From a virus (lineage: Duplodnaviria; Caudoviricetes), in the IMG/VR virus record IMGVR_UViG_3300036760_001531, positions 1 through 62,490 of that record: a stretch of 62,490 nt of DNA; one strand, given 5' to 3'. Position numbers and translations under genes: made by a program. This document shows, piece after piece, positions 61,443-62,490 of the stretch (positions are counted from its first letter, which is position 1; each line of letters starts with the position of its first letter). Below the pieces are notes generated by a model that made no database searches, was not told where the DNA came from, and saw only the letters and a list, made by a program, of their open reading frames with translations.

Positions 61443-62308
61443 TCTGTTTCTACCATAAAGGCGACCTTGATGGTCATTGCTCCGGGGCCATCGTGCGACT
61501 GTGTTTTCCCAATGCCCTGATGGTCGGCATCGACTATGAAGACCCTTTCCCCTGGGACCTACCTCAGATTCAGGGAGATTCGGAAGGGGTCATCATGGCG
61601 GACTTTTCTCTGCCGATAGAGGAAATGCGACGGCTTTACCATTTCTCCCAGAGATTTGTCTGGATCGACCACCACAAGACCGCCATCGACCAGGCCGGGG
61701 AAGCCGGTTTTGACCCCCCGGGGCTCCGGATCGTGGGCAAGGCTGCTTGTGAACTCACTTGGCGTTATTTCTTTTCAAACAACCCCATGCCCCCGGCTGT
61801 GCACCTCCTGGGACGCTATGATGTTTGGGACGAGAAACAGCCGGATTGGGATACCAAGATACTTCCCTTCCAATATGGACTCAGGATTTATCCAACGGAC
61901 CCTTCAGAATCGGCCAGCGATGCCCTGTGGCCCTTTTTGCTTGATTACCGCAATCCTGGAAATCTGGTTGAAGAAATATCCAAGGTGGGTCTATCCATCC
62001 TGACCTACCAGTACCAGCAGGACGCCAAGCTCATGGCCCGCCATGCCTTTGGGTCGGTCTTTGCCAATCTTCCCGCTTTGATAGTTAATCATGGCCCAGG
62101 CAGTAGCATGAAGTTTGAGGCTTGGGCAGAAGTCGGGGATTATCCCCTTCTCATTTCCTTTGCCCGCCTTCCTCAATATAAATGGCTGGTGAACCTTTAC
62201 ACCTACCGGGAGGACGTAGATGTGGGCGCTATCGCCCAGGCGCATGGCGGCGGGGGCCACCGGAAAGCGGCCGGCTTCATCTGCGACGAACTGCCATTTG
62301 AGATTTAA
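61439..62308 (+). CDS. DHH/DHHA1 phosphoesterase
   Basis: YH..DLDG, DFS, WIDHH, GGGGH.KAAGF. Confidence 0.9.
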   Translation: MICFYHKGDLDGHCSGAIVRLCFPNALMVGIDYEDPFPWDLPQIQGDSEGVIMADFSLPIEEMRRLYHFSQRFVWIDHHKTAIDQAGEAGFDPPGLRIVGKAACELTWRYFFSNNPMPPAVHLLGRYDVWDEKQPDWDTKILPFQYGLRIYPTDPSESASDALWPFLLDYRNPGNLVEEISKVGLSILTYQYQQDAKLMARHAFGSVFANLPALIVNHGPGSSMKFEAWAEVGDYPLLISFARLPQYKWLVNLYTYREDVDVGAIAQAHGGGGHRKAAGFICDELPFEI

Positions 62309-62319
62309 GGAGCAGAACA

Positions 62320-62490
62320 ATGTCCAGTCTCATCCGAACCATCAGCCGCCAGGCCGCCCGGGATAAGGGAGAGATGGGCCATGCTACCGGGCCACATAAG
62401 ACCAGGAATAGCACCTATTTTTTAAAAGCCAAGGCTCGGCGCCGCAGGGCCTTTAGGATTGCCCGCCTTGCCCGGAGAGCACAGAGATGA
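62320..62490 (+). CDS. Small Arg-rich protein (56 aa)
   Basis: AAGGAG SD; TGA at the last three bases of the window. Confidence 0.55.
   Translation: MSSLIRTISRQAARDKGEMGHATGPHKTRNSTYFLKAKARRRRAFRIARLARRAQR

Larger units (their letters stand above)
1..62490. mobile_element. Tailed dsDNA phage/prophage genome, podovirus-like, probably temperate
   Basis: Packaging, head, tail, lysis, repressor/cro, recombinase and replication modules are all present; no tape measure or host genes seen. Confidence 0.95.

Noticed and set aside
1-62490. Terminal repeats, att sites or stop-codon reassignment
   Set aside because: The ends share no visible repeat and fall on stop codons, suggesting trimming; TAA, TAG and TGA all terminate tightly packed genes

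Overview
The window is a near-complete genome of a tailed, probably temperate dsDNA phage of a Gram-negative host (spanin pair present). No host genes or terminal repeats are visible, and both ends fall exactly on stop codons. On the minus strand, 45.5 kb to 1 runs terS, a 4.7 kb accessory block (tRNA-Thr, Acb2/Tad1-like protein, adenine methyltransferase, KTSC, MazG-like), terL, portal, scaffold, major capsid, and a podovirus-like tail/ejection module containing a subtilisin. It then continues through a 4720-aa polyvalent protein (ParB-like, N6-MTase, strawberry-notch helicase, JAB, HExxH, LPD38) to the lysis cassette. A plus-strand early operon (45.8-50.3 kb) has a stand-alone ligase domain and a short tyrosine recombinase. 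It is followed by a repeat-rich origin, a minus-strand primase/Cro block, a CI-like repressor, and a plus-strand helicase/nuclease/radical SAM/RNA ligase/DHH operon. The most notable observations are: genes with their own ribosome-binding sites nested in the +1 frame of the giant gene's linkers; a tail-module subtilisin alongside xxPY motifs at the giant protein's domain borders (possible polyprotein processing); a six-site TGAC(A/T)-N3-TGGC(A/T) operator regulon with leaderless cI/cro and an apparently non-cleavable repressor; and a roughly 390-nt structured non-coding RNA candidate upstream of the tRNA. All family calls come from motif recognition by eye, not database searches.
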